A stretch of DNA of 47,999 nt from Perkinsus chesapeaki ATCC PRA-425 (Eukaryota > Protista > Perkinsozoa), in contig JAAPAO010000243.1 in the NCBI GenBank assembly GCA_013115145.1, positions 1 through 47,999 on the forward strand. Direction: 5' to 3'. A program made the position numbers and the translations under genes. Shown one piece after another: positions 12,201 to 24,159 of this stretch. Under the pieces are notes generated by a model. The model had not been told where the DNA came from and did not search any database. It was given only the letters and a program-made list of their open reading frames with translations. The first letter of the stretch is position 1; each line of letters starts with the position of its first letter.

Positions 12201-15200
12201 TAGTTGTAATAATGCTATAGTGTTATACATATCGCGTTTCTGCCCCCCATCGTGGTCGGCAGCTGTTTTCTATGCAGCGCAAATGTCGCACGAAACAGGC
12301 TGGTGGGCACTTCCCCTTTTGAAGGACGCTACAAGTCACGACCACCAGACCGACGCGCCCGAGCCTTGTAATTAGCCAACTAATGCCATGTTTGCGGAGC
12401 ACTTATAGTTCATTATTAATGGCAAGCTTGGCTTATGACCTATGACCGACCCACTGACACTGCACCCACCTGAGGTTTGCACTCACAGTCAAACCAACCT
12501 TGAAGCGAAAGCTGCAGCAGTGCGTATCTTGACACGGTAAGCTCTATCGCTTTCAGTTCAAGTTCTTACTGTTGAATTCTTCCGCTTAAACGGCACACAA
12601 ACAACGCCTTCCCGTTTGCTATTGCCACGTCAACAATCGGATCCCTGTTGCCCGCATTCTCCGTCGGAGGCGAGTAGCTGACAAATTATACTTGACAGTT
12701 TTAGATGTGTAAACCGATAGTATTATAAATCCAAAATTATATAACCTCCCGACTTTTTTATAACAAGTTTAATGCCGATTTTTCGCCAGTTTAATCTTCA
12801 AACTATCCACTAGTAATTATTGATGAATCATCGGCGATGATATTGAAACCGCTCAGACGCGTGGTGACACAAGACGAAAGCCAGCAATAGCTTGGTCACG
12901 TTGACTGGAAGATCCGACAATCCTAGGGCTGGACGGACGATAAAGCTAATTACCTAGAACCGCTGCAGTGCCAGATAACAGCAAGAACTACTAACAAGTG
13001 AAGGAATTGTTTTTAGACTCTTCGCGAACATGTTGAAAATAATATTCCGATACTTTTGTGCCCCCATTCAGATCAATGCTTCATCGGTGACCAGGAAGTG
13101 ATTCAACCTCACAGAAATCTTCCTCTCGAATGCAAGAATGGATATTTCATTTTTGCATTAGCAACCCTTTTCCGTTCATCATGAAATGGAAAATTGAGTG
13201 AAAGTATATTCCTGAAGGAAGCTTCTAATGCGTTCTTTCTGGGAGCATTTGATGTTCCTCTATAACTCCGAAGGTAGCGACCTTTAGCCCTAACAAGCAG
13301 CTTACCTATCAACATCAGAAGCTCCACCAGCCGAGTTATCGTCAACATGCCGCATCAACTCAGACTTCTTTCTGATCGAGCTCCCGAGACCTAAGTGTCC
13401 ATAGTTACGCCCCATGACCAGACATTGGCAACCTTTGCGTGCGAAGGCTTGCAGCAGCCGGAATCAACTCGAAGTTTATAAACTTCCTGCGGGGTGCACC
13501 ACTTCTCACTCAACCAATTTTTTTTTTTCGACATTTTTTCGCACTCTTTTTCCCCCACGTTTTTCCGGAAAATTTTCCCCACAGCATCTCCCCCAATTTC
13601 ACCAATTCAAGAGCGACTCAAACTCACCGAGCATCCCTCTTTCTCTGCTGCCCGTTTCGGCTTCTCCACCCTGAAGCGAGATATTCGAAATGAGAGCAAA
13701 AGTGAACATCGCAAGGAGTCACGAGCAACCAGAAGGAATGAAAGCATTTGAAGATTCTTTTTGGTCCAGGAACTCTCTTCGACTTCCGAGTAAGACCGCT
13801 GTGGCTTTAGATGGCGCCCCGCCTCCTACGGCGCTGCCGTAACGGCACCATTCGGCAGGCGCATTTCCGCAAAAAAATCCCTATGGAAAATGGGAACTAT
13901 GTACATACCGACGTCCGATGTAAAAGGTTGAAAAAATCTACCGGAATGATCTCTAAATTTTCTCTTTCCAACAACATGAATGCCATCAGATGTGAATTTC
14001 TCACCCCCCCCCAAAGATAACTGCCGAAAGAAGCCTCACATCATACACGTCACACCGAACCTGCTCACCGTAGTGGCGACCTTCGCGAAATTCCACAGGT
14101 AGATTTCATAATCGCTGGCAACAACGAGATGCTCTTGCGTCATCGCCGTGTGCTTCGGAACGACAGGGCAGTTGCGACCTTCCTCATCGACCGGTGCACC
14201 AATATCTAGTTCAGGATATTTCGTGGCGCGCGAGAATTCACTTACTGTTATAGAGCCTTATGGTGTAGAGCAAGCTTGTGGATCCTGTGAAGCTAGCTCG
14301 GGCGTAGGTTGAGGAGGTTTCAACTGTCGGGAAAATTTCGGCGAAAAAAATCTCATTCCAGTGCAGTTAAGATTTTTTTCCAAAAATTTCTGAATTTTTC
14401 AGATTTACATCTTGGTAGAATCAATATAAAAATGATTCAGATGCGGTTAAAAATGAAATAAAAGTGCCGCATGTCCACATCGAACCTACGCGACATTGCC
14501 GCCGTAAAAATCGTGCAGACATCGCTAACTTCGCAAGTAGCAAGTCCCACAACATCTCGAATTGTCTTCACATATCGTTGGTCCTAAAACGGGAATAATC
14601 ATCTCGCTCCGACGCTAGCCGACCTTTTTCGTGTCCCAGAAAGTCACCATCATGGGGTCCTTGCCAATGCTGCATATTTTCTCCGGAAGCTGCGACCCCG
14701 GCGCCCACCTCAAAGCAGATTCGTTCGATGCTTGCTGAACTATGACGATGTTGTCGGATGCAAAGGCACCCCGTAGACGCTCCGTTCTGAAAAAGAGCGA
14801 CGCCTGAATTTTTCCGGAAAAAAATCGGAAAAAATCCCCGGAAATTTTCTTGTCTTTGTGGTGACCCTGTTGTTGGAAGGAAATGATCATATTAATTTTC
14901 AGGAATGATGGTCTATAATAAAACCAAGAAGCTCCGGAAAATCATTCTTTCCGTAAAGAGTTCTCGCATCAAATTCCTTACCTTATAGTTGAGAAATAAA
15001 TATAAGAATCAACCGCCAGTGCAATTCTTGCACCACTTCCCTCCCAGGAGATCGATTTCAAACCTCGAGACTTGCCACTCAGGCTCGGCACCTGATCGAA
15101 GGAGGCCTATCATTCGCACACAGTGACGAGGAAGCTTAACTTGGCGATGCCAAGTTCAGTTAGTTGCATTTAATAATCATGCCAAGTTGGCGTATTGTGA

Positions 15201-18200
15201 GCATTATTATGAAAATTAATGAAATTGCTACTCAAGGAGAGTGATAGCGCTGCTGTGAGGAATCGGGGACTCAGTAAGCACTGCGGAAATATGTTGGCAT
15301 CCTAACATCGCTGATGCAAAGGTAGAATATTAATTGTTTTACAAAATAAAAAAATATAAACATGAAAAAATATTATAAAATATAAACCTAGGAAAAGTAA
15401 AATGCATTCTCATCTGTAAAGAGTGGATGTTCCTTTATCTGGTTACAAACCCATCGCAGTGGGCATACGACTAATCGATAGTTCACGGTTATCTCTTACC
15501 CTTTGGGAAGTAAGCAGCTCGCCGAACACCGAATAAATGTAAATGACGCCAGAATCACTGAGAGATCCTCGACGGAGCGAAGCATCTCCTCCGCCGCCAG
15601 AGTTGGTCTAAGCAAAACTGTTCAACGGAAAAATTTTCGGGTCTTACTGCGATGCCAGCAATGGCGATGGTTTGGCCGGATGGTGACCATTTGGCGTCAA
15701 TGATTTGAAGGCCGGTGTCGAGAACAACTGAAAAATGAAAGACGAAAATTTTCTGGGAAAATTGAGAAATTTCTAGATTTTCTGGGAAAATTGAGAAATT
15801 TCTAGATTTTCTGGGAAAATCCAGGGAAAAAGCTTGGGACATTTGTTAGGGAAAATCCGAGGAGTATTCTTGAAGAAAGAAATCATACACGGCAAAAAAA
15901 TTGCTAGTGGTTTGTGCGGACTCCCCAAGGTGGGCGTCGAGTTTAACCTCTGAGAATCTTTAAGCTCACCTGGACGGTCGTCTTGTATTCCTTTCATCAG
16001 CTGTGCTTTACCGTTCACAAATGCGATGCATAGATTTGGAGTTGAATAAATCAAATGAGGCGAACCAACCAACTTCACTGCTGACTCGACATGTGATAGA
16101 GCAGAATGCTCTTCAACGGCGTGGAGGCGACCTAACAGAAAATGATAAGTAAATGTTTTCGGAGGGAACACATTCGGTGGTCACATTTGAAGAAATAAAA
16201 ATTGATCACAGCCTCGCATCGGAAAAAATTATATCGCCACCAGGATCGCCTGGTGTTCCGCGGAATACCGTCGATTGCCTCCTCCATGGAGACATCTGAC
16301 GCTACTCTATGAGTCCTGTGATGATTTGAGCTAAATATTTACGAAAACATAAAGTCACATCTCAAAAGGTTCGTCAAAGTGAGGCTTTTTCAAAAGCTAT
16401 CTTTTCCGTGAGCCTCGCGTCCAGCATGAGCTTTGCTGGCGTATTTTCTGATAGAAAAACCGTAAAATTCGTTCTCACCGCCAGAGCTTGTCGATCCCCA
16501 CCACTGAATTGACGCCACCCCAACATTCGGTGGAGGCAGCTGCTCCGGAGTGGCGAAGCGAGATGCCGTGCTTTGATCGAGGCAAATCGTCGGCACTCTA
16601 TGAGAGAATATACCTTCAGAATCGTATATCTAAGCGTTGAGAAAATGCAAGATTGCAAGATTTGTAATATTTTACGTACCTGAACCTCTCCTTGAGCAGT
16701 GCAGAAAATCAGGCCGCGACTGTCGGGAAGCCACTCCACTTTGGCGAGACGATTTTTCACTTCCTTTCCCCAAAGCCGCTGGCCGTCGACGGTGCCCACG
16801 ATAACAGCGCCATCCTCGTAACTGGGAGAAGCGAACTTTTCATGGTCTATGATAATCTGCACAAGTTCTGTCTCCTCCCTCATATTGATAGCCTATAGTG
16901 CTGTCGTTTGTTCCTATATTTTTCTATCTCCACGAGTTTCGCCTAAAGTGCTACGTATACAGTATCGAGTGATGCCCCACGTCCCGGAAGTCTCCGTCGT
17001 AGAGTTTACGAATTCCAGGAATTTCAGTAGGCTGAGACCGGCAAGGAAAATTCCGAAAAATTTTCTGAAAAATTTCCGCGGAAATTTCGTTCCAAACAAG
17101 AACAGGGGTGTAAGCATTTCAACACTGGCAAGAACGTCCTCACAAATACATAATTTCCGTTTTCCTTTTGTCCCACGTATTTTCGGGAAACTTGTTCCCA
17201 TATCCTCTCCTCTCGGTGAGGTAGATGGTTCTCGTTCATTGCGGAACAAGTTTAAATTAAAAATAATTAATAATATTATAATAAGCTCTATAAATTGCTG
17301 TTGAATAATATTGATAATAAATCTCAATACAGTTGTAATATGCGTGCAACTGGGTATATACGGATTGGGAGATAGTTAGGTCACAAGACATTAATATCGA
17401 ATATAAATGTTCAGTAGAACTTACTTTTCAGGCCGCGCGCAACGGTTGCTAAAATTGTGTGAGGGGGTGCATATGAATTGCCATCAAACAATCACGGCGA
17501 CACTGGTGCGCACTCTCCACCACCTACACGATGCATATCTTATGTCCATCCTTGCTCCATCGCATATCGGTCACAACAGACTTGTTCCTGTTATTAACCA
17601 TTTCTTCAAACCATACGCCTTGATTCAACGACCACACTGAAATTAAATAATACCGAAATACAGAGTGGTGCGACGGACTGCAATGATGAGATGGGAGGTG
17701 CAGGAGTTACTCCTGACGCCCCCAAAAGGATAATTGCATTTCATCTTTCATTTTTCCTTGACCATGAGATACCCTCTGTCAAGCTGTATACTAGACATCC
17801 TCCGTATCACTAGTAACATATTTCCTCTCGAACTCTCTACTGGGTGACCCCAAAAAATTGGGTTTTTTGAACATCCTCACGAATGTAAATATCTTGGTGA
17901 CATTCGAACGCCCTTTCTGATAGTGCGATCCATGGTGATACTCGATAAGGTTACCGAGGAGCAAGAATTGAAAAAACCTCCAAGAGTTAGAAACTATCGA
18001 TGACTGATTCCATAACAGTGAAACATATTTCAGTTATGCTCCAAGGAGTTGAGGAAATGCAACGATATGAAAATATAACATCTTACCAATAATCAGACCA
18101 TTAGCATCTGAGGTTGTCAGCTTCCGGAAGTTTTCATTCCAAATAATAACTTTGATTCCAGCCTGGCAAGGACAAAAACTGGGAAGCTCGTTCATGGGTG

Positions 18201-18662
18201 ATGAGATGTCCAAAAAGATGATCGTTAGCACTAACTCTGCCCGCACACGGATGGTGTTTGAGGATTCTCGTGCGCAGTTTTTGTTCTTCACAACGAACGT
18301 CCGAACTCTAGAATGCCTTCCGCGGCGGAGTTTGTTTCCTAAGCTCTTCGCTACTTCTGTAGAGCTTTCCTTTTCATCCACCGAAAGCTGCCTAAGCGCT
18401 CACCTGGTGCCCTTCGAGCGTTTGCGTCATACTTATGTTGTTCCCGCCGGACGAAGCGTTATCCAGCTTAACAACCTGATAGGCCAAGCTGTGTGATGGC
18501 GGAAAGTGGGAAAATTTTTCCGGGAGTATCTTTTTATCTGCCTACCTTAAGAAGACCATTCTCCCCTCCGATAGCCAGCCAGCCCTGGCCAGCATTCCAT
18601 GAAACGACTTCAACGCTGATGTCTTGGGGAACTGCGATTTTCTTGGAGAGATATGAAAACAT
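3230..18662 (-). CDS. WDR35: WD repeat protein 35 / IFT121 (intraflagellar transport complex A), over 30 exons
   Basis: Exons match WDR35 in order: [39 protein letters not shown]; [18 protein letters not shown]; [14 protein letters not shown]; [19 protein letters not shown]; [19 protein letters not shown]; [17 protein letters not shown]; [31 protein letters not shown]; AIELYRKAG; [10 protein letters not shown]; CSRAFIKLE; [20 protein letters not shown]; C-terminal [15 protein letters not shown] (TGA 3230-3232). Confidence 0.97.
4408..4806. repeat. 54-bp tandem repeat in a WDR35 intron, interrupted by an N-gap
   Basis: Unit GTCTACACAGTACTGCCATACAGTAACTGTAAGTACTGTAGTAACTGTCTTACT, about 4 copies before the gap and over 1 after. 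Begins with the perfect inverted repeat ACTGTGTAGAC-agt-GTCTACACAGT (4408-4432). Confidence 0.95.
4634..4733. other. Assembly gap (100 N) inside the 54-bp array
   Basis: Run of N; true array length unknown. Confidence 0.99.
6131..6407. repeat. 38-bp tandem repeat with 76-bp higher-order alternation, in a WDR35 intron
   Basis: Unit AGCCGAGGATGAGGCGAT(T/C)CAGATTACGTATTTTATGG at 6258, 6296, 6334 and 6372, alternating GATTC/GATCC. A partial copy precedes the N-gap. Confidence 0.95.
6161..6257. other. Assembly gap (97 N) inside the 38-bp array
   Basis: Run of N. Confidence 0.99.
10315..10387 (+). tRNA. tRNA-Thr(AGT), antisense within WDR35 intron 10251-10469
   Basis: Full cloverleaf: acceptor GCCTTCT/AGAAGGC, D arm GCTT-AGTTGGT-AGAGC, anticodon arm CCCGC-TTAGTAA-GCGGG, T arm GTCGG-TTCGACT-CCGGC. 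Confidence 0.96.
10389..10430 (+). terminator. Perfect 14-bp hairpin followed by a T-tract in the 3' trailer of tRNA-Thr (likely Pol III terminator region)
   Basis: ATAGTGATTAACTC-atc-GAGTTAATCACTAT (10389-10419), then TGTTTATTTTT. The first T5 run after the tRNA is at 10426-10430. Confidence 0.6.
11791..11863 (+). tRNA. tRNA-Lys(TTT), antisense within the WDR35 span (apparently intronic)
   Basis: GCCTCGG/CCGAGGT acceptor, GCTC-AGTCGGTA-GAGC D arm, CT-TTT-AA loop, GTGGG-TTCGAGC-CCCGC T arm, TTTT directly after the discriminator. One T:C mismatch in the anticodon stem. Confidence 0.92.
15749..15820. repeat. 29-bp tandem duplication of an A/T-tract unit in a WDR35 intron
   Basis: TTTTCTGGGAAAATTGAGAAATTTCTAGA at 15749 and 15778, partial third copy at 15807. 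Confidence 0.85.
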
Positions 18663-19461
18663 CGGAGACTTGTGGGCAAAGGGAGAAGCACTAACCGACG
18701 TGAAATGCGTGTATCCTCCGAAAGCAACGCGATTGTGCGCTTCGGGCCCACTCAAGAATAACAGTCCCTTTGCTGATCTCTCATCTGCTCGAGGATCTGG
18801 TGAACACGGTAGTCGTGGCAGCTCATGGGCTCCGGCAGTAAGAAAATATTTTCACCGGCCAGAATCGCCGAGATGTGCTGGCCGTTTCGTCCGACATTCT
18901 TGTCGGACATACGACAACTCAGGCAACTCGCTTCCCTACTCCAGGCTCAGGTTCTCGGTCAAGAAAGCTGGCACTATGTCGCCTGTGATACTGCTTAGCC
19001 GAAATGCTTCAGCTGCTCGGGAAAAAACTGAATTCGACGCCCGAGTTCAGTTTGAAACAATTGTGATCATACTAGTGACCATGGTCCATGGGGCAGCTCT
19101 GCGAGGACTCTCCAGAGTTACCTTCTTCCGTACAACTCGTATACCTCTTCCACACCCAGAAAAATCGTCGCCTACCGCTGTACAGTAGTATGGATGAGAC
19201 ACCAACGAACTCGCGTCACTGGATTTGCTTTCATATGGATATGCATAGCTAAACCCGGGTAGATGAATCACCTCGTGTATTGCAGTGAGTTTGACTCTCA
19301 GACTCTGAGCAAACAAAGTTTTGCCAGTTTTGTCCAGCATTCGGTCCCCGTAAATCTCGAGAGCTCCTTTCCGGTTGCCATACAGTCCCACTGAGGCGTT
19401 GGTACGCACAGTGGCACGCAAACACACAGCTGACTCGACCTAGGCTTCCAAGTCATATTGT

Positions 19462-22115
19462 ATGTTCTACAAGCCTGGATTCGCTGCTGTGTGCCACGGT
19501 AGCAATCCTCCTATACGGTGCGGTCCAGCTAATATAAGCTCTGGTCCGACATCCCAGCCACCACCTGTTGACGAGTGCCTGAAACTGAGCGAGTCAGCTG
19601 TGTGGCAGCCCCTGGATGACGACCCGGACAAGGACTATATGTGGGCCAAAATGGAAGATGTTAACAGATGCCTGAGCCTCCTAACCACCACCAACTTCAA
19701 TGCTCTCTTCACACTACACAACCTCAAGTATGGTGTAGCTGAAACCTATGCCTTCGCCGATCTTGTCAACGGTCTCAACAACTCTATCGAGTCCAACAAT
19801 TGTGGTTTCAAGAAGCACTCTTTGAATGTCGACATCAAGAGCTTCATCGACAATAAGATAGAAAGAATCGCCAGCGAGTTGGATAAGCTGAGTGATGCTG
19901 AGCAGATGGCATTCCTTAGAGAGAGCCTCCCGGCGGTTCCATTCCACCTAGAGCTGCTAAAAGAGCTCAATCGCCTCAATGACGGTCATACTCAATACTT
20001 CACGCCATTCCAAGACTTTTTCTACGTCCTACCAATTCGATTCGAGTCTACAATGAGAGGAGGTTCCCAAATCGTGACAATCACCATCATGGAGTCTATT
20101 AACGCTCGCCATCTGGCCGTGTACGGCGAGCCAGCGACTTCCCACAGAAATGGTGATGTTATAACGACGGTTGATGGCAAACCTGTCCTCGAATGGATGC
20201 TGGAAATGGTCTTCGATGATGGACCTTATATTGGTACATATTCAGACGCCCTCCAGTCTGGAGGCTCCAGAGGCTTAATACTGTTTTTTTCGTGCGCGAC
20301 TTTGTCTACAGGGCGATTGTGGTGAATCCACCCCCAACAGGACCTCTCAACGTCACCTTCGCCGACGGGACTACTGAGTCGATCAACTGGGTGGGCCGGG
20401 TGAGCAATTACACCAAGATGGCTGGTAGTGGTGCTATTAGCTGGCAGTTCTACAACACCATCACCAATAGGAATCCTCAGTTCCGAAAAATGTTGGCGTT
20501 CGAGACTGAGTTCTATTCCAAGGTGAATGACACCCTGTGGGCCTTAGCCGTCGACGGACTCTCTACGGAAGGTTTTGATGTCAGCGTCCTCGACTCTGCT
20601 ATCGAACGGTCGATGCAGCAGCAGCAACAACAACCCAGCACTCTTCTCCTCAGCTTGGCTGATTCCAGGGCTATTGCTACGGATGAGAACAAGTGGATAG
20701 GTGCGCCAGGTTATCAATACTCTTTGCTGGATGATACGGTTATCGTGTACGTCCCGGATTTCGTTCCCACCGAAAACGTCTCCTCCCCAGATATATTTTT
20801 TGCTAGTTTCCCGCAAGTTCAAGATTTCGCTCGAAAATATAATGCTACCCGGTTGCTCTTTGACATGTCATCTAACCCTGGAGGATTCGCGACTTCAACT
20901 TTTGCTTTGGAGTGGTATTTGCTTTCTGACGTAGACGACGTATGTCCCACGACTGTGCAACACATGACGGCAAACTGGCAATCTTGGGTAGAGTCCTTTG
21001 GTGTGAACTTCAACAGTACTGTGGAAGAGTTCTTCGAGGAGCATCCCGGTCTAGTCGAGGATCCTGGCTTCATCCACGAGAGGTTCCAACAGCTGTACCT
21101 ACTCTACAACTACGCTGACCAATTGTTCCCAGACATCCCGGCCGAGTATCGTGTGGAGACCAGGTGGGTTGCGCGTGTGAAGGAAATCGAGGAGGCCATC
21201 CTCTCCGAGAAGAATGCAACTCTACGTGCCTCAGCATTCAAAAGCTTTCTTCTCCGTCGGGGCTTTGGAGGGCCATCTCAAGGTTGGTTCTTGTTCGACA
21301 ACGACGAAGTATTAGACCGTGAAACAAGGAAGCCATTTTCTCCTCCACTCAGCCAGTTCACTAACGCTCGGCCTCGGCCTTGGGGGAAGCTGGCGAACTA
21401 TTCCCGTGAGGGAACATGGGGATTTTGTTACGAAGATGTTGACAATGTAACATCTTTATTGGCTAACACCACCTATGATAGGGACTACTGGACGGACATT
21501 GCCTTTGTGTCCAATGGTGACTGCTCCTCGGGCTGCTCAGTTTTCACAGAGACCCTGCAAGTGACTGGTAAAGCAACTGCGTTTACATATGGTGCTTTAG
21601 CCGACCAGGCGATGGATGTCGGCAGCGCGGGAAGTGCTAATGTTCTGGACTACTCTGGCAATTCGGCGACCATCAACTACGCCAGTCATCTTGGATACTG
21701 GGCTACCTTTGGCCAGGCCGAGTGGGCCAAAAAGAGGACCAACTCGTGGGTTAACAAACCTATACCTTTCCCTAACCCAGCCGCAGCGGTGTATTCTTGG
21801 TACATTCTTCTTCAGCACCGACTTGGACCGGACGCTCTGCCGCGTCAGTTCTACCGTATACCCCCTCACAAGCACATCAACATGTGGGGCAGAACTCTTG
21901 AAGAGCGAGCCCCTATCCATGAGGAGATTGTGAGATACAAGAATTGGACCGAACTACGCAGCAACCCTCAGTTCCCTGATCTCGGTTACTGTCCGGCGTA
22001 CGGTGAGCGACGCCCCAGCTTGGAGACTCCCAATCAATCATCGTTGGCAGAGCGCAGTGGAACATTTCTGGTGGTTATCATTGGTTTAGTCGTGCAGTTC
22101 TGTCGTCTGTCGTAA
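19462..22115 (+). CDS. Peptidase S41 (fungal/CPAF-like) surface protein, split into two ORFs by a frameshift near 20257; possible pseudogene or one cryptic intron
   Basis: ORF 19462-20325 has LNDGHTQY and a PDZ-like GDVITTVDGKPV. ORF 20292-22115 has LLFDMSSNPGG and FVSNGDCSSGCSVF (S41-type motifs) and a hydrophobic C-terminal tail (TM or GPI signal). Removing 14 nt (20257-20270) joins them as SDALQRLNTVFFVRDFVYR. Confidence 0.8.
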
Positions 22116-23113
22116 TGCTTTTCTGAACACCAGTCACTTAAATATGTCCTTATTGTCTATCATCATCTCATAGGAGCCCTTTCACACCTTCAAACCAGTA
22201 TTGCGTTGCAGGTCACCAGTTGAACTAATAGTGCAACTATATTATGATGATATTGCAGCACTATCTCGGGGCCACTTCTACTCAGTATGTCGCACAGTTA
22301 CGGTGCCACAACACAAAGCGTTGTCCCGCCTCTTCGTCTCTCTGTATTAGCCGAACACTGTCGAGCTTTCTCCTTCGGTGGCACAGCTCTTAGACTTGTC
22401 AACTCTCCGGTGAAAGTTAGGAGACAGTTATTGTGTCCAAATATGCGAACAGCTCCAAAGACCGAATCCCTGTACTCAATATACAACGAGGAATCGCTTT
22501 GGTTCAACCAAATTGGTTACAAGGCTCGTTAGGGCCAGAAACTTTGCACTTGCCGGCACTGCCACTTGCGGGTTAGATTCTGTCTAACCCAGTCCAATAC
22601 AGAAACCAGGAGTGTGAACTATACAGTATTATTGGAGAGAGTCTGTTGCCCATTAAAAAGTCGTTATACTCAACTCAAATAGAGCCGCTTTTGGCAGCGG
22701 AGCACCCGATTGAAATTTCTCATCCTCAAAACCCCCACTGGAACGTTTAAAAAAACACCTTGGGGCACAAACAGCCCCTAGATTTGCCTTGGGTCACTTG
22801 CTGCTTTGACATGGATACCCAAACCGAAACCTCTCCCCGCTCAACTTCTCCCCGCTGAACTTGTCACCAATATATTTTACACAACACGGGGTGCCTCCCC
22901 GTGTTGTGTAAAATATATTCCTAATGCGTATATCCTATATCCCAACGCAACAGTGCACGAAAAGCTAGCATGCCTAAGACAGAGTGCATGCTGCATCAGA
23001 CCAATTGACAAACTCGACATCCCAATCTCATCGCTACAATGCTGGCGGTTTGCGTTGTCTGGCAAATCCTCGAAGACTGTTCATCACATTCTTCAACGGT
23101 CGGATACGATCCG

Positions 23114-24114
23114 ATGGCTCCTCGTCGGAAATCGCCGGCGACTGCTGAGGTGGTGAAACCGCTAGGGACTGACACAAACAAAATTTGGTAACAAGTTAGA
23201 ATAATTCTTAGCCAGGAGCATCTCATCACCGGATCGTAACAGTACAAGGAATCATCCATGCGGGAGGATCGACCGGAATTTCCGTTAAGTTTCTGTTTCT
23301 CCCCAAAGCAAACAACTCTATATCTTACAGCACTGACTCGATCCCGTTAAGATACACCTTATTGGTTTCGTTTAACAATTCTGATGAATCCTATCGATCC
23401 TACATCGCCCACATCTATAAAAGTGGCATGCATTCAGCATTCAGTAATTACTATTCGTAACAGAAGCTACTGATAATATATATTCAGTCATATTATCAAC
23501 GCTAAGGAAAAATAATGCGATCTAGCTAGGGGCTCATCTACTCTCACAGAAATGTCTTCTTTGGGGCTCAAAAGAATGTGAAGGCTGAAAAAACGGAAAC
23601 CTAAATCCTAGCACACGATTGCTTATACGGAACATTTCAATAAACACAATCAACGCACAATTGTAAAAGTCTACGACGCATATCTGAGGCAAGTTTTCCC
23701 TGATACCGGGCTAAGACGGAAATGTACAAGGTAAAATATTCCGATACCAAAGGGAAGCATTATATACATTCCTTCTGGGAACAGACGATGTTTCTCTACC
23801 CGAAACTTACTCGATATCCCCTGCCCAATCCTCGAGACGGTGACTCCGGGTCAGAATGTGACCCACCACCGGACGTATCGGTATGGAACCTCTCGTGCAT
23901 GAACCGGTTGCTCGACAAATCAACGTTAACAACAGCGTCGTTGTATCTAAAAATATCAACTCAACAGCAATATGACCGGCCGCTCAAAAAGCCTCCTAAA
24001 TTTCATCGCAGCTCCTCTGACATAGACCGCTCGGATGAGCTACAAGAATGCATGATCGGTTGCTCAAGAGTATTGAGCATTGCTGCATTCCGGTCAGCGC
24101 CAGAAGTACTGTAG
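23114..24114 (+). CDS. Possible multi-exon hypothetical protein
   Basis: Exon-like pieces MAPRRKSPATAEVVKPLGTDTNKI|(GTAAC donor) and TMFLYPKLTRYPLPNPRDGDSGSECDPPPDVS|QYDRPLKKPP..SAPEVL*. Middle exons not resolved and no family recognised. Confidence 0.35.
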
Positions 24115-24159
24115 ATATCGACACGACATGGACCAATGTGACGCACTTCTAACTTGGCC

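Noticed and set aside
16914-17327. Overlapping 137-aa and 151-aa ORFs
   Set aside because: They fall in an A/T-tract-rich WDR35 intron; low-complexity F/K/N/I composition.
18493-19427. 231-aa plus ORF and 126-aa minus ORF between WDR35 and the S41 gene
   Set aside because: The plus ORF overlaps WDR35 exon 1 antisense. Neither shows a recognisable motif or a consistent exon chain, though a small gene here cannot be excluded.
22287-22532. Short opposing ORFs downstream of the S41 gene
   Set aside because: No splice support or recognisable family.
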